Assembly: GCA_051747805.1 (NCBI GenBank)
Contig: JBNJGP010000007.1
Coordinates: 1 to 48,503, forward strand
Length of the DNA: 48,503 nt
Direction: 5' to 3'
Source: Candidatus Muiribacteriota bacterium
Lineage (GTDB): Bacteria > Muiribacteriota > Muiribacteriia > Muiribacteriales > Muiribacteriaceae
Every line of letters starts with the position of its first letter. Position 1 is the first letter of the stretch. The position numbers were made by a program, and so were the translations under genes. The notes beneath the pieces were generated by a model. The model was not told the DNA's origin, searched no databases, and saw only the letters and a list, made by a program, of their open reading frames with translations. This document shows positions 47,048-48,503 of this stretch, in pieces.

Positions 47048-48389
47048 TGAATGTGGTAATGAAACAAGACAATGGGTTGGAAAATGTCCAGTATGCTCGG
47101 AATGGAATACTATTGTTGAGTTTAAGGAAAGTAAAAAAAAGCTGAAGGATTATGAGTATGCTGAGGCTGTTAAGCTTTCTGAGATAAGCCAAATAAATGA
47201 TTTAAGATATACTTCCGGAATAAATGAACTGGATAATGTGCTGGGGGGAGGGTTTGTAAGCGGTTCCGTTATTTTAACGGGTGGACAGCCGGGTATAGGA
47301 AAATCAACACTGCTTCTGCAAACTGCCTCAAAAGTTGCTTCAAAAAAGAAAGTAATATATGTGACGGCAGAAGAATCTCCGGCACAGGTAAAACATCGTT
47401 CAATCAGGTTAAATATAGAAAATGATAATATTTTTCTTGTGGCCGAAAGTATGCTTCAGGGGATAATGGAAAATTTATCAAAAATAAAGCCTGAGTTTTT
47501 AATAATTGATTCCATTCAGACAATTAAATCTGAAAATATAAATTCAGTTCCCGGAACTATAGGACAGATAAGGGAGTGTGCCTCCGTAATTACAGAATAT
47601 GCAAAAAAAAATAATATAACAGTTATTTTTGTGGCCCAGATTAATAAAGAAGGAAATATAGCTGGTCCAAAACACCTTGAACATCTTGTTGATACAGTGC
47701 TTTACTTTGATGAAAGTAAAGATCTTGCGCTTAGAATATTGAGGGCAGAAAAAAACAGATTTGGACCCGCAAACGAAATAGGACTTTTTGAAATGACTTC
47801 CCGGGGCTTAACTGCAGTAAACGAGCATGTACTTGTAAAAAACATTAAAAATATTCCTGGATTACAGATAGTTGTTTCTGTTGAAGGAATAAGACCTCTT
47901 GTTACTGAAATTCAGGCACTTGTCAGTGAAACCAGTTTTGCAATGCCTCAGAGAATGGCAGAAGGATTTGACAGAAACCGGCTGCTTTTTCTGCTTGCAG
48001 TGCTTGAAAAAAAAGGAGGTATATTTTTTAAAAACCAGGACGTATTTATTAATATACCGGGAGCGGTTAGAATTTCAGATCCTGCTGTTGAGCTTTCGGT
48101 TTGTGCCTGTATTTTATCAAGTTACTTTGATAAAAAGTTAAATCCTGCGCAGTTTTTATTTATGGGAGAAATAGGATTAACCGGAGAGATAAGAAAGGTT
48201 CCTTTTGCCCCTAAACGAATTGCCGAGGCTGAAAAGCTTGGAATAAAAAATATAATCTGTGCTCCTTTAAAAGAATTTAAAAAAGGTAAAAACTCAAAAA
48301 TACAGTTTGATTTCTGTGATACAATTGAAGAAGTAATACAAAAATATTTCAGATCAGCAATTCTCAATGAAAATAGAGAAAACCCTTGA
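47034..48389 (+). CDS. radA: DNA repair protein RadA/Sms
   Basis: C4 zinc finger CSEC..CPVC, GQPGIGKST, IDSIQT, KNRFG, GEIGLTGEIR; start set at MYICSECG. Confidence 0.97.
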   Translation: MYICSECGNETRQWVGKCPVCSEWNTIVEFKESKKKLKDYEYAEAVKLSEISQINDLRYTSGINELDNVLGGGFVSGSVILTGGQPGIGKSTLLLQTASKVASKKKVIYVTAEESPAQVKHRSIRLNIENDNIFLVAESMLQGIMENLSKIKPEFLIIDSIQTIKSENINSVPGTIGQIRECASVITEYAKKNNITVIFVAQINKEGNIAGPKHLEHLVDTVLYFDESKDLALRILRAEKNRFGPANEIGLFEMTSRGLTAVNEHVLVKNIKNIPGLQIVVSVEGIRPLVTEIQALVSETSFAMPQRMAEGFDRNRLLFLLAVLEKKGGIFFKNQDVFINIPGAVRISDPAVELSVCACILSSYFDKKLNPAQFLFMGEIGLTGEIRKVPFAPKRIAEAEKLGIKNIICAPLKEFKKGKNSKIQFDFCDTIEEVIQKYFRSAILNENRENP

Positions 48390-48481
48390 TTTGATGGGGT
48401 CAGCGCCGACAGCACTTTGCGAAAAAGCAAAGTGTGTAGGCCTGACCACTAAAGGATTTTCGGCTAAATTGAGAATTGGTG
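48355..48481. mobile_element. Complete MITE-like element inserted at the radA stop codon
   Basis: TIRs CAGCAATTCTCAAT / ATTGAGAATTGGTG (13/14); flanking direct repeat ATTTCAGAT at 48346-48354 and 48482-48490; second copy at the window start. Confidence 0.85.
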
Positions 48482-48503
48482 ATTTCAGATAAAAAATAAT
48501 TGA

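Noticed and set aside
1258..48430. Short antisense or out-of-frame ORFs in the track (e.g. 9691-10161, 19811-20299, 42443-42844, 48122-48430)
   Set aside because: They overlap well-supported genes, have no recognisable motifs and look like shadow ORFs.
1..48485. Whole window as a circular element, prophage or composite transposon bounded by 99-bp direct repeats
   Set aside because: The content is core housekeeping (ribosomal proteins, obgE, alr, HU) with no integrase, transposase, rep or phage genes. The repeats differ by one base and diverge after position 99, and the right copy has its own target duplication. Independent MITE insertions, probably at assembly breakpoints, explain it better.

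Overview
A low-GC bacterial chromosomal segment made almost entirely of housekeeping genes. The organism is flagellated and diderm (TolC/RND, AsmA-like, FlgH/FlgI, alpha-2-macroglobulin) but has Firmicutes-like gene clusters (rplU-prp-rpmA, nadD/obgE/yqeK/LCP, ECF module). In order: a TPP-riboswitch thiamine operon (thiD2-thiC-thiG-thiH-thiS-thiE) running into ecfA/ecfT; a minus-strand run (methyltransferase, PIN-PhoH, aminotransferase, FliK-like, FlhB-C-like, alr); the rplU to tgt block; Opp/Dpp permeases; a STAS protein; a TetR-TolC-MFP-RND operon with a palindromic operator; an AsmA-like gene; DUF501-flgF-flgG-flgA-flgH-flgI; EamA; HU; two TPR proteins; a 2000-aa alpha-2-macroglobulin; an ArsM-like methyltransferase; DUF3109; radA. 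Main observations: (1) a ~130-bp MITE-like element occurs at both window ends, and the complete copy has TIRs and a target duplication and has rewritten the RadA C-terminus; (2) a related GGGGTCAG-ended palindromic element lies at 30.1 kb; (3) sigma-28-like promoters precede two unannotated small ORFs; (4) Prp has intact catalytic motifs but the adjacent L27 lacks the N-terminal extension Prp normally cleaves; (5) the alpha-2-macroglobulin has no thioester motif; (6) three genes look leaderless. I saw no CRISPR array, tRNA, rRNA, transposase or phage gene, and I cannot support a new multi-gene system here. All family assignments come from recalled motifs, not database searches.
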